A DNA stretch of 64,000 nt from Octopus sinensis (Eukaryota). Made by a program: the position numbers and the translations under genes. The notes under the pieces were generated by a model. That model did not search any database and was not told the origin of the DNA. It was given only the letters and a program-made list of their open reading frames with translations. The stretch spans positions 98,580,001 to 98,644,000 of the forward strand of contig NC_043005.1 in the NCBI RefSeq assembly GCF_006345805.1, read 5' to 3'. Shown one piece after another: positions 36,713 through 50,149 of the stretch (positions are counted from its first letter, which is position 1; every line of letters starts with the position of its first letter).

Positions 36713-37670
36713 AGAAAGACAGGAAAGTTTTGTGAAGATAGAAACCAACTCTCGAACACCTAGTGTAGTGGATGCAACACTGTTAGGATGGGTTTCTTTG
36801 TTAGGTAGGAGTGATCAGAGGTGATGTATTGGAAAGGGGCTTCAAAGTTTTGTTGAGTGTGGAGTTAGAGTGAGCAATATATATATAGATTTTGCAATGG
36901 GGCTGTTACTTGTAGGAACATTTGGGTGAGTAGTAGTGGAGGAAGATTCTCCCAAGCTTGTGGGAAAATTTTTATGAAACACTCAGATAACTTTGCTGAA
37001 AATTGGGAGAGAGCTTGCTAGCTGTGTGATGTAGAAAAGTATCCTCTGGCATGGCTGTGCCCAGAATTGAAGAACTACAAGCTAACTTAACAAGGTTGGA
37101 TATCTCAGAATTTAGGTTAAAGTGTTTGTACATTTCTCATAGCATTTCTTAGGTTTCAGCACAGTTTTTTCTTATTGGGAATCAAATGACTAGAAAGACA
37201 GGAAAGTTTTTTGTGAAGATAGAAACCAACTCTCGAACACCTAGTGTAGTGGATGCAACACTGTTAGGATGGGTTTCTTTGTTAGGTAGGAGTGATCAGA
37301 GGTGATGTATTGGAAAGGGGCTTCAAAGTTTTGTTGAGTGTGGAGTTAGAGGTGAGCAATATATATATAGATTTGCAATGGGGCTGTTACTTGTAGGAAC
37401 ATTTGGGTGAGTAGTAGTGGAGGAAGATTCTCCCAAGCTTGTGGGAAAATTTTTATGAAACACTCAGATAACTTTGCTGAAAATTGGGAGAGAGCTTGCT
37501 AGCTGTGTGATGTAGAAAAGTATCCTCTGGCATGGCTGTGCCCAGAATTGAAGAACTACAAGCTAACTTAACAAGGTTGATATCTCAGAATTTAGGTTAA
37601 AGTGTTTGTACATTTCTCATAGCATTTCTTAGGTTTCAGCACAGTTTTTTCTTATTGGGAATCAAATGAC
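36713..37670 (+). repeat. Tandem duplication, ~479-bp unit
   Basis: 36713-37190 and 37192-37670 are identical except for homopolymer indels. Confidence 0.95.
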
Positions 37671-37764
37671 AATATTTGTAGCAATAATTTCTTTATATAT
37701 TAAAATAACAAATATAAATACAGTTTGGTTGGTTCTCCAGCCATGCTGTACATCATACAGAAAG

Positions 37765-38835
37765 AAGGATCTGTTCTTGGCCCCCTTTTATTTGTTGCAT
37801 ATGTTAATGACATAGATGCCAACTTAAAGAATGCCACAGTGCTGAAATATGCAGATGACATCAAGCTGTACCTCGAAATAAAGAGGTCAGATCCTGTACA
37901 CTATAGATCTCTATTGCAAGCAGACCTGGACACAATGCAGCAGTGGATCATGGACTGGCAACTCAAGCTGGCTGTGGACAAATGTACCACCATGCATTTT
38001 GGGAGGAAAAACCCAGTGTCTACTTACTCCCTCCACAACACTATTCTCAAAAAGTCTTCGTGTGAACGTAACCTGGGTGTTATTGTTGACAGTGATTTGC
38101 GTTGGACAAAACACATCACTAAAATTGCCAAGAAGGCTGAAGGTGTCTTGGCATCACTCACCAAGTCCTTTGTGAGCCGCTCTCCAGCTATCTATCTGCG
38201 GCTTTATATAGCTATGGTAAGACCTCACCTGGAATTTGCATCACTGGTCTGGAACCCCTATCTTGCCCAGGATATCAATCGTCTGGAAGCCGTTCAGCGA
38301 TGTGCAACCAAAAGAATACCCTCCATCAGGCATTTGCCATATTCTGAATGCCTTACTTCCCTGGGCATGGACACATTGAAACTCTGACGTCTGGCAGCTG
38401 ACTTGGCAGACACCCATAAAATTATTAACCATCTTACAAACAATAACTCTGAGCACCTTTTCAAACTCCACCCATCTAACACCCGTGGACATATTTACAA
38501 AGTCAGAAAACAGCACAGCTCCCATGACTTCAGGAAACATTTTTTCATGCTGAGAGTTGCTGAAGCATGGAACAAACTGCTGGCATCAGTTGTTAGTTGT
38601 TGGAGCACTGTATCCTTCAAAACTTCCATGCTTCCTGAGATTCGCCAACACTACACCTGATTTTCTCCCCTCCATACACACGCAAGCATCTATCTGACTC
38701 ATACACTGTTCACTTCCCAGACATTTGCACATTACTGCATATACTTTATACGCACTTTTGACAAGTTGTGGCGCACCTGAGCACTGTATGCAATAATTTC
38801 ATATTATTATTATTATTATTATTTCATTATTATTA
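37765..38835 (+). mobile_element. 5'-truncated CR1/L2-group LINE, RT C-terminal half plus 3' UTR
   Basis: GSVLGPLLFVAYVNDI, KYADDIKL, ERNLGVIVDSDLRW, VRPHLEFAS.VWNPY, LEAVQRCATK. One in-frame TGA (38385-87, likely CGA>TGA); the frame ends at 38660; (TTA)n tail. Confidence 0.92.
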
Positions 38836-38943
38836 TCAGTCCCGGGGTCGAGATGCTCGATTAAAGGTGGTTCTCCAGCATGGCTGCAGTCAAATGACTG
38901 AAACAAGTAAAAGAGAAAGAGATTATAAGGAGGGAGAGAAAAA

Positions 38944-39086
38944 AGTAGCTTGCTTACCAACCCACATGGATCTGAGTTCAGTCCCACTGCATGGCACTTT
39001 GGGTAAGTGTCTGCTACTATAGCCTCGTGTCGACCAAAGCCTTGTGAGTGGATTTGGTAGCCAGAAACTGAAAGAAGCCCGTCATA

Positions 39087-39141
<55 letters not shown>

Positions 39142-39340
39142 ATATGTTTATGTCTGTACTTGTCCCACCAACATTGCTTGACAACTGATGGTGGTGTGTT
39201 TATGTCCCCGTAACTTGCTCGGCAAAAGAGATCGATAGAATAAGTACTAGGCTTACAAAGAATAAGTCCTGGGGTCGATTTGCTCGACTAAAGGCGGTGC
39301 TCCAGCATGGCTGCAGTCAAATGACTGAAACAAGTAAAAT
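38944..39340 (+). mobile_element. SINE family C (preceded by a second family-C tail at ~38840-38920)
   Basis: High similarity to 8970-9368. Confidence 0.85.
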
Positions 39341-41866
39341 GGTAAAAGAGAGAAAGAGTATAAGAGGTGGAAGGATGAGTGCACATACTAGGCTTAATGG
39401 CAGGCAATGAGTAAAAGAATGCTACACAGACTAACACATGCACATACACAATGGAAAAGAATCATAAAGACAGAAGAGGAGGAGTAAATGATGATGAAAT
39501 CATGAAAGGAGTATTACAAATGAGAAATTTGTTTTATTTTAAGTTAAGAAATACTTACATTTGAAAATTAGTATTCATTTCATAATTTTGTTTGAGCACC
39601 AAAAAATTTGATAACAGTTAAATTACAATTATTGTATCTATACCACGTTCCCTGATATAACTCATGGTGGCAAAACTATATTTCCCAAGTTGCCTGTCAT
39701 AAAACAGATAACACTCTAGTATAATTATAAAGCCCAAGAGATTTAGAGGAGAGAAAATAGCTATTTATGGAGTTCATACTTTTTTTTCATAGGCACCAGT
39801 TATATTGTGAAAGTCATTTTATCTATTTAATAAGACAGAGAAAACTGTTAGCTTCATTTCCTGTTAATTTCTTCATGATACTGTCTTATGAAGTACCAAT
39901 GTTTTGTCAAGCTTCTGTAACATGGTTACAGAACTCCAAAATCATCATCATCATCGTTTAGCGTCCGTTTTCCATGCTAGCATGGGTTGGACAACTATAA
40001 TAAAATTGTCTTTTCATCTTGATTTGATGTCAGCTGTTGGATATACTTATTTCTTAAACTTAATCATGTTTATTTGAAAATCTTTTTAATTACACCCATT
40101 TTCCAATGTTTACATTGGGTGGGTAAGATTTTCGTTATGACACCATTGTTTTTACTAGTGGTTACTTTTCCTTCCTATAACCAGTTAACTGTGGAGATGA
40201 GCTAGTGAGGGGATCTCTACTTGGTTACTCAACTTGGTAGAAATAACAGCCAAATTTTCATTGAATCACATACTACCACAGTAGTTCCCTGGGGATCCAC
40301 AAATATCTTAAGCTGACAGACCTTTCAATATCCTGGGGTCCGTGGGAAAATTCATTTGAAATAAAGGTGTCCTTGGTAGTGAAAAGGTTGGGAGCCACTA
40401 TACTACCATCTAAAATATGATAGGATAAATTGAGCAATGTAGCTGCTGACATATTAGAAAAGGTAAAAAAGGGCAAAAAATGGAAGATAATTATGGGAAC
40501 AATTTTGATAAGATGTTTGTTGAAGCAGAATTGATTTTGCACTAAATAACAATAACTATGAATTAGGTGAACTTTTGTTTTGTAGTCAGACAAACTAAGG
40601 CTTTATTTATAAGCACAATACCATGTCAGTAGTAGGACCTGAATTTATAACCTTGTTTCACATAATTTCTAAGATTGACACAAGGTTGATATTTTTGTTG
40701 AGGAGAGGCATTGGGGTTTGAATTGATCCTGTTACATGGTTGGTTCCTATTTTATTGATTCTGGTGGGAGGAACGGTAAAGTTGACCTCAGCAGAATTTG
40801 AAATTAGAATGTAGATGTAACAAAATACCCTTGGTTATTCAGTCTTTCTCCCTCCCTTTATTTCTTTCCCTTTCTTTATCATTTTCCTTCATCTTTAAAC
40901 TATTAACATATTTTCCCATATTGTTTACCTATTTCTCTACAACTGTGTGTTGTATATTCTTCGTGTGCAAATGAATAACTTAATAGAGGGAGGCAGGGTA
41001 AGAAGAAAAAAAGAAAGAAAACGTGTCAGAGCAGGAAGAAAGAAAGAAAGAATAAGGAAAGAGAAATATGGGGGATAGAAAGGTATATAGTGTGAGAGAG
41101 AGAGAGAGAGAGAGAGATAGACTAGTGAATGGGAAAGAGAAACAAAAGATGATATTGAGATATAAAGCTCCTCCCCACCAACTCTTTAGCAAAAGCAAAA
41201 TGTAGAAAAAATATAAAAAAGAAAATTGAAAACAGGTTTCCATTAATTCTAAAAATATATGTAGGATCAGACTCAATCCACTTCTGTTTTAGTAAGTTGC
41301 TTCTGTGTCTTTGCTTTTTCCAACTTCCAGAATTTTAACAGGTCATTCTGTGAATCAGAACACAGTCGCAAAATGTGTGTATGTCTGTGTGTGTGCATGT
41401 ATTTCATTGATGATGTCACTTGAAAATTTTGTTGCATAAAGATTTTTTTTTTTGCCAAGTAAAATGTTGGGATTTGTTTAAGAGTTTTAACAATTTTTTT
41501 AATGTGAAAGGGCCTGACATTGCTCTGGTGAGGGATTTGTAATATGGTAGCATCTGTGGTACCTTCTGTGCTAAGTTGCTATAACAAGATGTGGGGTAAC
41601 TAATTGACTGTCAGGCTGTAAGTCTTTGAAAATTGCTCATGTAAATCATTCTCCAGACAAGTGGTTCTCAACTGGGGTCCATATGGCCCCTGAGGGTCCA
41701 TATAACATTTTTGGGGGTCCACACAACAAAATAGTAAATTGGAAATCCACAATATTTTAAGGGCTCCTAAAAAAGTTTACTTTAGATGTATTTGTTGGTA
41801 TAACATTTTACATAGTTCAACCTACACAAGTTAATGTGTGAATGATAAAATAGGAATTTTGAAAGA

Positions 41867-42171
41867 CAACAATTGCAGCGTGGAAGGTGTTTATAAGCCA
41901 TTTAAGAAACACACAAAATTCACTTCAACACTTAAATTTAATTTGTCAAAATATTTTCATTGCTTTGAGACTGTGACCTGTTTACTGACAAATTCCGTGC
42001 AGCATCGAATTTTGTCAGTGAACGGGTCGCAGTCTCAAAGCGACGAAAATATTTTGACAAATTAAATATTGTGTTTCTTAAATGGCTTATAAATATCTTC
42101 TACGCTGCAATTGTTTTCGTTCCAGCACACAATCTCAGATCAGGTCACTTGCTATGCAGGTACATCTCTGT
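41867..42171. mobile_element. Fold-back Penelope-like element nested in the hAT MITE, with hammerhead-like motifs on both arms
   Basis: Inverted arms ~41869-41992 / ~42008-42115 plus a tail; 12-bp TSD AATTTTGAAAGA at 41855-41866 and 42172-42183. Confidence 0.75.
42011..42061 (+). ncRNA. Minimal type I hammerhead-like ribozyme with G3/C8 core
   Basis: TTTGTCA(I)-GTGAACGG-GTCGC[AGTCTCAAA]GCGAC(II)-GAAA-ATAT-TT-TGACAAA(I'). Palindromic stem III AATATT. The mirror copy on the minus strand (41942-41992) has core GTAAACAG. Confidence 0.5.
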
Positions 42172-42661
42172 AATTTTGAAAGAAGTATCTATAAAACTAG
42201 TTTTTAAACATTGAATAGCTATGGAGGGTCCACAAGAATAAAATAGTAATCCAAGGGGTCCATAGATAAAAAATGGTTGAGAACCCCTGCTCTAGACTGT
42301 ACAAGAATTTTGTTTAAGAGTCTTGTAACATTATATTGCTGTGTCATTTTTTTTAGTTAAACAAATTATGCCCATATTGTATTTTCTGACTCACAAGTCA
42401 AACTTTTTAAACTAAAATTTATAGCCCAAAACAGTAGGTCAGCTTATACACCAAAATGACTTGGGAAGACCAAAAATTCCATGTAAAATTTTTGGAAAGA
42501 TGGTAATGATTTTTGAATGTCCATACTACATGTTTATAGTCTATACTACATCAAACTTGTTTGCTGGAAAATACAGTACTTGTTCTATCAAAAGAAGTCA
42601 TTGAAAGCTGGTGAAGAAGGAACATTAAAAACTGTAGAGCTGGTAGATGTCTTGCAGTAGA

Positions 42662-43166
42662 TACCGTAAATCCTTGAGTATAATACGCAGGGGATTTTTA
42701 GGGAGCTGCACTTCTGAAAAACCTAAACCTTGTGTATAATACGCACCCCTTCTCTAACTTGAGTCGTGCGTAATTAAGCCAGCAGCACCTAGTTGAACAA
42801 ACACTTCCGTGCATGCGTAATACAATAATGGTGATGTTCTTAACTGTTATATGGGAATGTAAATATGTTTGCAAATTGTTTTTGTTACATGTTATTCTGT
42901 GTTCTGGATACTTTTATTTTAATAAATGTTGCTTACTGCAAGTTATGGATGATTCTTTTATGACTTCATTGCTTTCAGGCATAGCTTAAGGTATTTTTGC
43001 ACCTGACATCACAAAATGTGTCTGAATAAACATTGCCGGACAGCAAATAGAGACTCGGATATTTAAAAAATATTTTTCATTTTAACCTTATATATAGTAC
43101 ACACTAGGGATTTTGACCTTTAAATTTTGGGAAAAAAATGTGGATTATATTCGAGGATTTATGGTA
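42662..43166. mobile_element. pogo/Tigger-type MITE
   Basis: TA-CCGTAAATCCTTGAGTATAATACGCA ... TGTGGATTATATTCGAGGATTTATGG-TA TIRs. Confidence 0.8.
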
Positions 43167-43437
43167 GTTACATTGTGATAGATTTTGTGTTCGTATCCTG
43201 CTGAAGTTTGCCTTTCCTCTTCTAGTGCACTTGATATACTAAGCCCAAAAAATTTAATTGTAAACTATCTTTATGTTGACATAAATCATCATTGCATGTA
43301 TTTTTATAATGATAATTATGTGTTGATGTTTATGTATGTCACCCAAACCTTCTTTTCTATCACCCTCCCTAAGTGGGTCAAGCTATTGAGATTTTGGTGT
43401 GTAATAGTTTTGAAAACAAAACAGAATGTTGTCAATG

Positions 43438-43510
43438 TATCAAAACTCGGGATTGAACCAGAAACCTTTAAAAGTTCAGGTCAATGCCCTCTCAACTGAG
43501 ATATTTCAGT
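43438..43510 (-). pseudogene. Degenerate tRNA-Phe(GAA) pseudogene
   Basis: The minus-strand 73-mer ACTGAAATATCTCAGTTGAGAGGGCATTGACCTGAACTTTTAAAGGTTTCTGGTTCAATCCCGAGTTTTGATA aligns without gaps to metazoan tRNA-Phe GCCGAAATAGCTCAGTTGGGAGAGCGTTAGACTGAAGATCTAAAGGTCCCTGGTTCGATCCCGGGTTTCGGCA. Many substitutions break the stems. Confidence 0.8.
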
Positions 43511-43892
43511 TACCTGCAAATGTCATCCTAATTTTAGAAATATATGTCATTAAAATGAGAAAAGAAGTATTGTAAATAATAAACAGAGAAAAAAACTCTT
43601 TCTAAATTAAAAAGTAGTTAAAATAAAATAGGTTTGTTTTGCATTTTTTCTACATTCCTTTGCATATTTTAAATCTGTTAGAATTCTGTATATTTAGATA
43701 ATGCAACAGGTGTATTTTCAACCACAACTGATCTGGGGTTGTATGATAATATTATCAAACTTTATTTTGAGGCATTGAAAGATAAATTATGAGTAGCTAA
43801 AAAAAGCAGCCAAATTTTCCCTCAGTCTTAGATAAGACAGGATCTATTGGATAATGTAATCTCATATTTAGAATATATAATATATATATATA

Positions 43893-44280
43893 GTGAAGGT
43901 GTATGGCTCTGTGGTTAGAACATCAGGCTCATAATCATGAAGTAGTGAGTTTGATTCCCGGACTGGGCTGTGTGTTGTGCTCTTGAGCAAGACACTTTAT
44001 TTCACATTGCTCCAGTTCACTCAACTGTAGAAATGAGTTACGACATCATGGGCAAGCTGGTGCCCTCATGTATGGCTTCATGCTTCGCCTGTTGATTTGA
44101 TGCACTGCATTGGCCTCTGCCTTCGCCTTGGATAGCATCAGTGGCATGGAGAGGGGAGGCTGGTATGCATGGGCGACTGCTGGTCTTCTATAAACAACAT
44201 GGCTCAGACGTGTGCCTTGGAGAGGAACTTTCTAGGTACAATCCCATGCTCATTCACGACCAAAGGGGGTCTTTACTCTT
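43893..44280 (+). mobile_element. SINE family B (with ~50-bp internal insertion)
   Basis: Matches 3725-4060. Confidence 0.85.
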
Positions 44281-46900
44281 TAGGAACAAATGAGATAAAA
44301 TGTAGCATAACCACCACTTGCAAGTGGACACAACATGAAGCAAATACCATGCTTTTACTAATTGTTGTAGGTTCCAAAATAACTGCAATCAAACATAAGC
44401 ACCCTCTTGGGATGAGTGATAGAAACCATGCCAAAGCTGATATTGGAGCTCAATGTGATCTTGTGACTCACTGAATCCTCTCAAAATGTTCAGTCCATGC
44501 CTGCATGGAAAGTGGATGATTTATATATATATATATTATAATAATAATAATAATAATAATAATCATCATCATTTTTTAATGACCACCTTCCATGCTATCA
44601 TGAAGGATGATCATGTATATACACACACACACAAGCATCCCCTGCATTATAACTACTTCAGGTTAAGGAATTGTAAATCATGGTCATTATTTTCAGAATA
44701 TTGTCTGTGATTTCACCTTTGAGAATTTAATAACTACACATTTTTCCTAAAGGTTGCTTCTTGTCAATTTAACTAAAATCAAGTAGTTAATTTGAAAAAC
44801 TATAATCACAATGTGTGTGTGTGTGTGTTATAAACATATGTGCAGAGTGTGAAGTGAAATTTTTCACTGTGATCATTTGTGTGTAAATAGTTTCTAGGGT
44901 CACAATGAGTATCTGTCTATCTACCTACTTACCTAGCTATAAATCAACCTTTACTACTACCACTTTCTATCAACACCAGCACAACCAGTATTGGTACCAA
45001 AACCAATGCAAACTACTATCATTATCAACTCACTGACTTCTTAATGATCAACAACAGCAGTAGCAATAGTATTTTAGCAGGAAGGAGGTGTCTCTGGCCC
45101 TCTTATTACAAATCCTTGCTTTTCATGAATTGCATATAAAAAGGTGGAAAAAATACCAGAAATGTGCTTTCAATTAACAGCGACATTTTATTCTTCTACT
45201 GAATAAAATTATACAGCGAACGTCATGAAATTCATGTATAATTGGCTTTTCAACTCAGAAAAGGAACAAAAATCATGTGACATAGCTTCCTGAAAACAAA
45301 CTCTCCCCTCTGAATTAAGATGAAAGACCTCATGTTATTTATTAACAAAAAGGGACTCAGATGAGCATTTTTACTTTGCCACTTTTGGTGGCCTTTTGTG
45401 CAATGCAATTGGATACAAACTCAGTATCTCACATAAGACTAGAACAATCCAAATGCCTGACTTGACCAAGCATTTCGGTGTCACATGACTAGTTGCATGA
45501 CCAATCATTAGTGACTTACACGTGGAGCCCTTTTTAGACTATTTAAGTCTAAAACGCGCAATTATGGAATTAGTCTTGCTACTGTATGAATAAGCTAGGC
45601 AATTCCATCTAAAATAAAAGAAAATAGCTTAAGATGATGTGGTACTTCAGTGTATTTTAGAAGTTGAATGAAATGTTTTTGATTTGCAGTCAATGAGGAT
45701 TGACTTGAGACTAAACAACTACAATTAAAAAGAAGAATGTGACCACTGTCACTATCAACAATACTCATCACCAAAACCAATACAACCACTACCATCACCA
45801 CCACCTCACACACTTTTGAATAATCAACTAGCATCAAGAATAATAGTACACCATGATAGCAATGTGTGTAATTACATACGTTATAGGTCAGCATGGTGAT
45901 GTTTGTGTATGAGTACAGTGTGAAGTTTTTATATCTCAAGTCAGAGGTGTAAGAGGAAAAATCTCATGATTCTGATAGTACTTCAACTAACTGTAATCAT
46001 ACTTGTATCCTTCCACCTTACTCTCCCCCTTTCATTTCTGTTTCCATTCTTACATCCATCTATATTCTGAGCAACAAGTTGACTTAGCTTCTTGTATTAT
46101 TTAAAGTTTTATGGATGTGAAAAGATGTCCACTGGATATTCAGATGTGAAATGAGATAAAAACAAGAGGGCTTCCTTTTTTTCAGAGGGATCAGTTTGGG
46201 TGACATTGGTCTAGTGATAATTCAGTGGCAGCAGATCCTGTAAGGAAGCATGCCACATAGTAAAGCAGAAATGATATTAAATGTCACTTAGCGTTCAGTG
46301 CCCAGTATTTGGTGCATTTGCAACATCAGTACTTAAGACATGAGGTGGTGTGAAATAAATTCTGTATTACCGAGTGGGAGAGAAAGAGAGAGTTTAATGT
46401 GCGATGGTCAGTTACTGTCACATGGATGTAGTGATAACTCAGTGAAAAACAGATGGTTGGTGAAGTCATGCCACGTGTTAAACTAGGCAGAATGTTCATG
46501 TCACTTAGTCACCAGTGTGTTGTGTTTGGCAAAGATGCTTTAGGTTTGTCGGCTGGATTATTGAATTGCAGAAATGGAGGGCAGTAATCTCTGTGCACAG
46601 CTTGCATAGAATGATATAATCATATATACATACATATATATATATACATAGTCATTGTTTTGATTTCCACTTTTCTGTGCTTGCCTGGGTTAGATGGAAT
46701 TCTTTGAGGCAGATTTTCTAAAGTTGGTTGCTTTTCCCCTCACCAACCCTCATCTGTTTCCAAGCAAGGAAATATTTCCCCATGGCTAGACATGTTTTTA
46801 TTGATGATTGGAAATGCGCAATGCTGCTTATATGACAGTGATGCTTGTTTATGACTATTGCATAATGTCAAGACTAGGAGACAAGAACACTTTCAGATAT

Positions 46901-46962
<62 letters not shown>

Positions 46963-47149
46963 GACTCCTTTCAGTTTCCAGCTACCAAATCCTCTCACAA
47001 GTCTTTTGTTGATGTGGTGCTATAACAGAAGGCACTTGCTCATGGTGTTATGCAGTAGAACTGAACCTGAAAATCGCCTGGTTGGGAAGAAAACTTCTTA
47101 ACCACAGTCATGCCTAGACCTTGTATGTATGTGTGTGTGTATATATATG

Positions 47150-47193
<44 letters not shown>

Positions 47194-47335
47194 CAATAAA
47201 GGGTTTAGCAACGAATTGCCTTACCACATACCGAATTTATTACTTAATTTCCTCGAATGAGGCTTTTACATGCCAAAGACTACTTGGTGTGTAATTGATA
47301 ATTATTCCAAATTAATTAATTTCACCCTTCATTAT

Positions 47336-47420
<85 letters not shown>

Positions 47421-47432
47421 ATGGCAGAAACA

Positions 47433-47640
47433 AGGCGGCAAGCTGGCAGAAACATTAGCACACTGGGCAAAATGCTTAGCGGTATTTCGTCTGTCTTTAT
47501 GTTCTTAGTTCAAATTCTGCTGAGGTCAGCTTTGCCTTTCATCCTTTTGGTGTCGATAAATTAAGTACCAGTTGTGTACTGGTGTCGATCTAATTGACAG
47601 GCACAATTTCAAGCTTTGTGCTTAGAGTAGAAAAGATTAT
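47433..47640 (+). mobile_element. SINE family A
   Basis: ggcggcaagctggcagaaacattagc...tttgcctttcatccttttggtgtcgataaattaagtaccag. Confidence 0.85.
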
Positions 47641-48314
47641 GAATAACAGAAAACTGTCTGAAGGGCAATGTCTCTTCTATTACATATGTTAATATAGGAC
47701 ATTGAAATACAATATCCTTCTCTAATATCGAAGAGGATACCATATACAAAGTGTATAATTATTTTTATTTCAACTGATTTGTGCATTGATAATTCTTGTG
47801 ATATTCTTGAAAACTAAATGAGACAAGAACATAAATAACTGAAGTTCTTTGTAAAGTTTATGTATCTGATTTAGAAGTTTCTTTAAATATTCTTTAAAGT
47901 TAGAGCTATTGAGTGTGGAGATGATAGCCTGCAGATCCTTTGCTCTTAGCTTATTATCATTGTCTTGAAATGTAATGCTGTTTTTCATTCAGTTATATTG
48001 GTTATTGTTAAACAATTTGTGATGTTTAACCTTTTTACTACAAGAAGCAAATATATTCACTCAAAATTTCATTACCCTTAATTACTGAAAACAGTTTTAT
48101 ATACTAGTCTATCTTTTGTTGAAGTAAGTCAAGTTTCAAACTATTTTCTGTTGCGATATGTCAAATTTTCTGAGGCAATGTGACTTACAGAAAATACCAA
48201 TTCTATTTTTGGTAGATGTTTAATATCATTATTTGAATAACCATGACATGAGATTTTGCAGTTAAAGGGTTAATTGGTATATAATGGCAATGTCTGATGT
48301 ATTTTGTGAATGAG

Positions 48315-48539
48315 TTAACCCGTTAGTATTCAGATTATTTTATCAAGTGTAATGCTTATTTATGTTGATTTAAATAACTCATGCATTATCTTGTAGCTTT
48401 GAGATTTTGATGATGTTATTGTTTATTTTTAGCATGGCATTGTAGGATTACTGTAAGAGGCTGGATCCAGTCAGTTTAAATGTAAAACAGGTAGAATATT
48501 TTGGGCCGGATATGGCCGGTTTAAATGCCAAAGGGTTAA
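48315..48539. mobile_element. piggyBac-like MITE (further copies 59460-59672 inverted, 26228-26370 partial)
   Basis: TTAA-CCCGTTAGTATT ... AATGCCAAAGGG-TTAA; internal sequence shared with the other copies. Confidence 0.75.
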
Positions 48540-49083
48540 TTCTGAATGTTATCAGAATTGTTAATTTCCTCACATAACTATTCTAATAGAAAGTCACATT
48601 ACTGATGAAGTATCAAGATATTAGCTATAGTACTATTATATCTAGATGGCTTTGTTGTTCATTTATCACACTTGGGTTGGTTTATATTCTGTGAGAATAC
48701 ATCAGGATTGCTCTGTTGTTAGTTTATCACACCTAGGTTCATTTGTGCTCTATTAACAATTCTAAATAGTCATACCATTTAACCTCACTCCAGTTAATAA
48801 CTATTGATTTGCTTACTCTGTTCTGAAGGATTATATGTAGTTGTATTTAACTGTGATTGATTTCTTTTGTGTGTGTGTGTGTGTATTTGTTTACTGACAG
48901 ATAATCTCATGATCCATTTCATGTCACTGAATAGATAAAAAAACAAAACAAAACAAACTCAATAGCAACAGCACCATCACAGTACTTATGTTCTTAGATA
49001 TTGTTCTCTTTGTTTTCATGAATTTGGTAGACTACTAGTGGAGTTCATTTATTTGTTTTTACATTTTAGCATATATTAGACAA

Positions 49084-49388
49084 GTGGAGGCACATGGCCT
49101 AGTGGTTAGAGTAGCGGACTTGCAGTCGAGGGATCACGGGTCCGAATCTCAGACCGGGTAATGTGTGTGTTTATGAGCGAAACACCTAAGTTCCACACGG
49201 CTCCGGCAGAAGGTAATGGCAAACTTCTGCTGACTCTTTGGCCACAACTTTCTCTCATTCTTTCCTCCTGCCTCTTACAGCTCACCTGCGACGGACTGGC
49301 GTCCCGTCCAGGTGGGGAACCTATACACCAAGGAAACCGGGAAACCGGCCCTATGAGCCAGGTGTGGCTCGAGAAGGAACAAACAACA
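49084..49388 (+). mobile_element. tRNA(Arg-like)-derived SINE family E
   Basis: A box TGGCCTAGTGG and B box GGTCCGAATCTC; head shared with 27437-27820; ends in a (CAA)n tail. Confidence 0.8.
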
Positions 49389-49976
49389 AAATATATTAGA
49401 CAGATATGTTACTGAAACATTGTTTTGCAGCCAGATGCTCTTCTTGTTACTGATTCTTACCTGTTTTTCAAGTAAGGGATGTCTTCCTTCATATGTCTTA
49501 GAAGGCACAAAGCCAGAAGATGATTTGTTGGTCAGGATAAATCATAAAAACATGATAGCTGTAGCTTGCAACTTTCTGAGAAGCACAAATGTAAACACAC
49601 ACACACATGCACGCACACTCCCCTCCAAATCCACACATAAAGGTTTAGTTGGCCCAGGGTTAAAGTGGAAGACATTTGCTCTTGGTGCTGTGCAGTGGGA
49701 CTGAACCAAAACCACATGATAGAGAATCAAACTTGTTAACTACACATCAACGCCTGCACTTAGTGATCCATACCTGAGTCTGTTAACTGGTTATTTGATT
49801 ACTGCTATCTCAAAAAGAGGGGTTACGTTCCTAGGTAAGGCCTGTTGTTCTGCTTGTTTTAGCCAACATACCTGAAACATTGGTAGTACTTTAACTTTAT
49901 ACATGAAAAGCTGGTGATGGGAAAAAGTATGTTTTTATGGAAACAAATATATGTACATAAAAGTTTTATTATAATC

Positions 49977-50138
49977 ACTCTTGGAGTGGTTGGCGTTAGG
50001 AAGGGCATCCAGCTGTAGAAACTCTGCCAAATCAAGATTGGAGCCTGGTGCAGCCATTTGGTTCACCAGGCCTCAGTCAAAATCGTCCAACCCATGCTAG
50101 CATGGAAAGCGGACATTAAACGAGGATGATGATGATGA
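49977..50138 (+). mobile_element. SINE family D 3' part
   Basis: Near-identical to 34205-34363. Confidence 0.85.
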
Positions 50139-50149
50139 CTGGTCTAGAT

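Larger units (their letters stand above)
41659..42289. mobile_element. hAT-type MITE with nested insertion
   Basis: TIRs (A)AGTGGTTCTCAAC / GTTGAGAACCCCTG; 8-bp TSD CTCCAGAC (41651-58) / CTCTAGAC (42290-97). Confidence 0.8.

Noticed and set aside
47190-47335. Possible hammerhead (cgaatgaGGC...GCCaaag) in a fragment between (TA)n tracts
   Set aside because: Core too degenerate and stems I/III not identifiable.
49421-49475. Candidate RIC1 exon 2 (ttttgcag|CCA GAT GCT CTT CTT GTT...)
   Set aside because: In-frame stop after 14 codons, and the sequence matches the dispersed repeat at ~22650 and ~46730.
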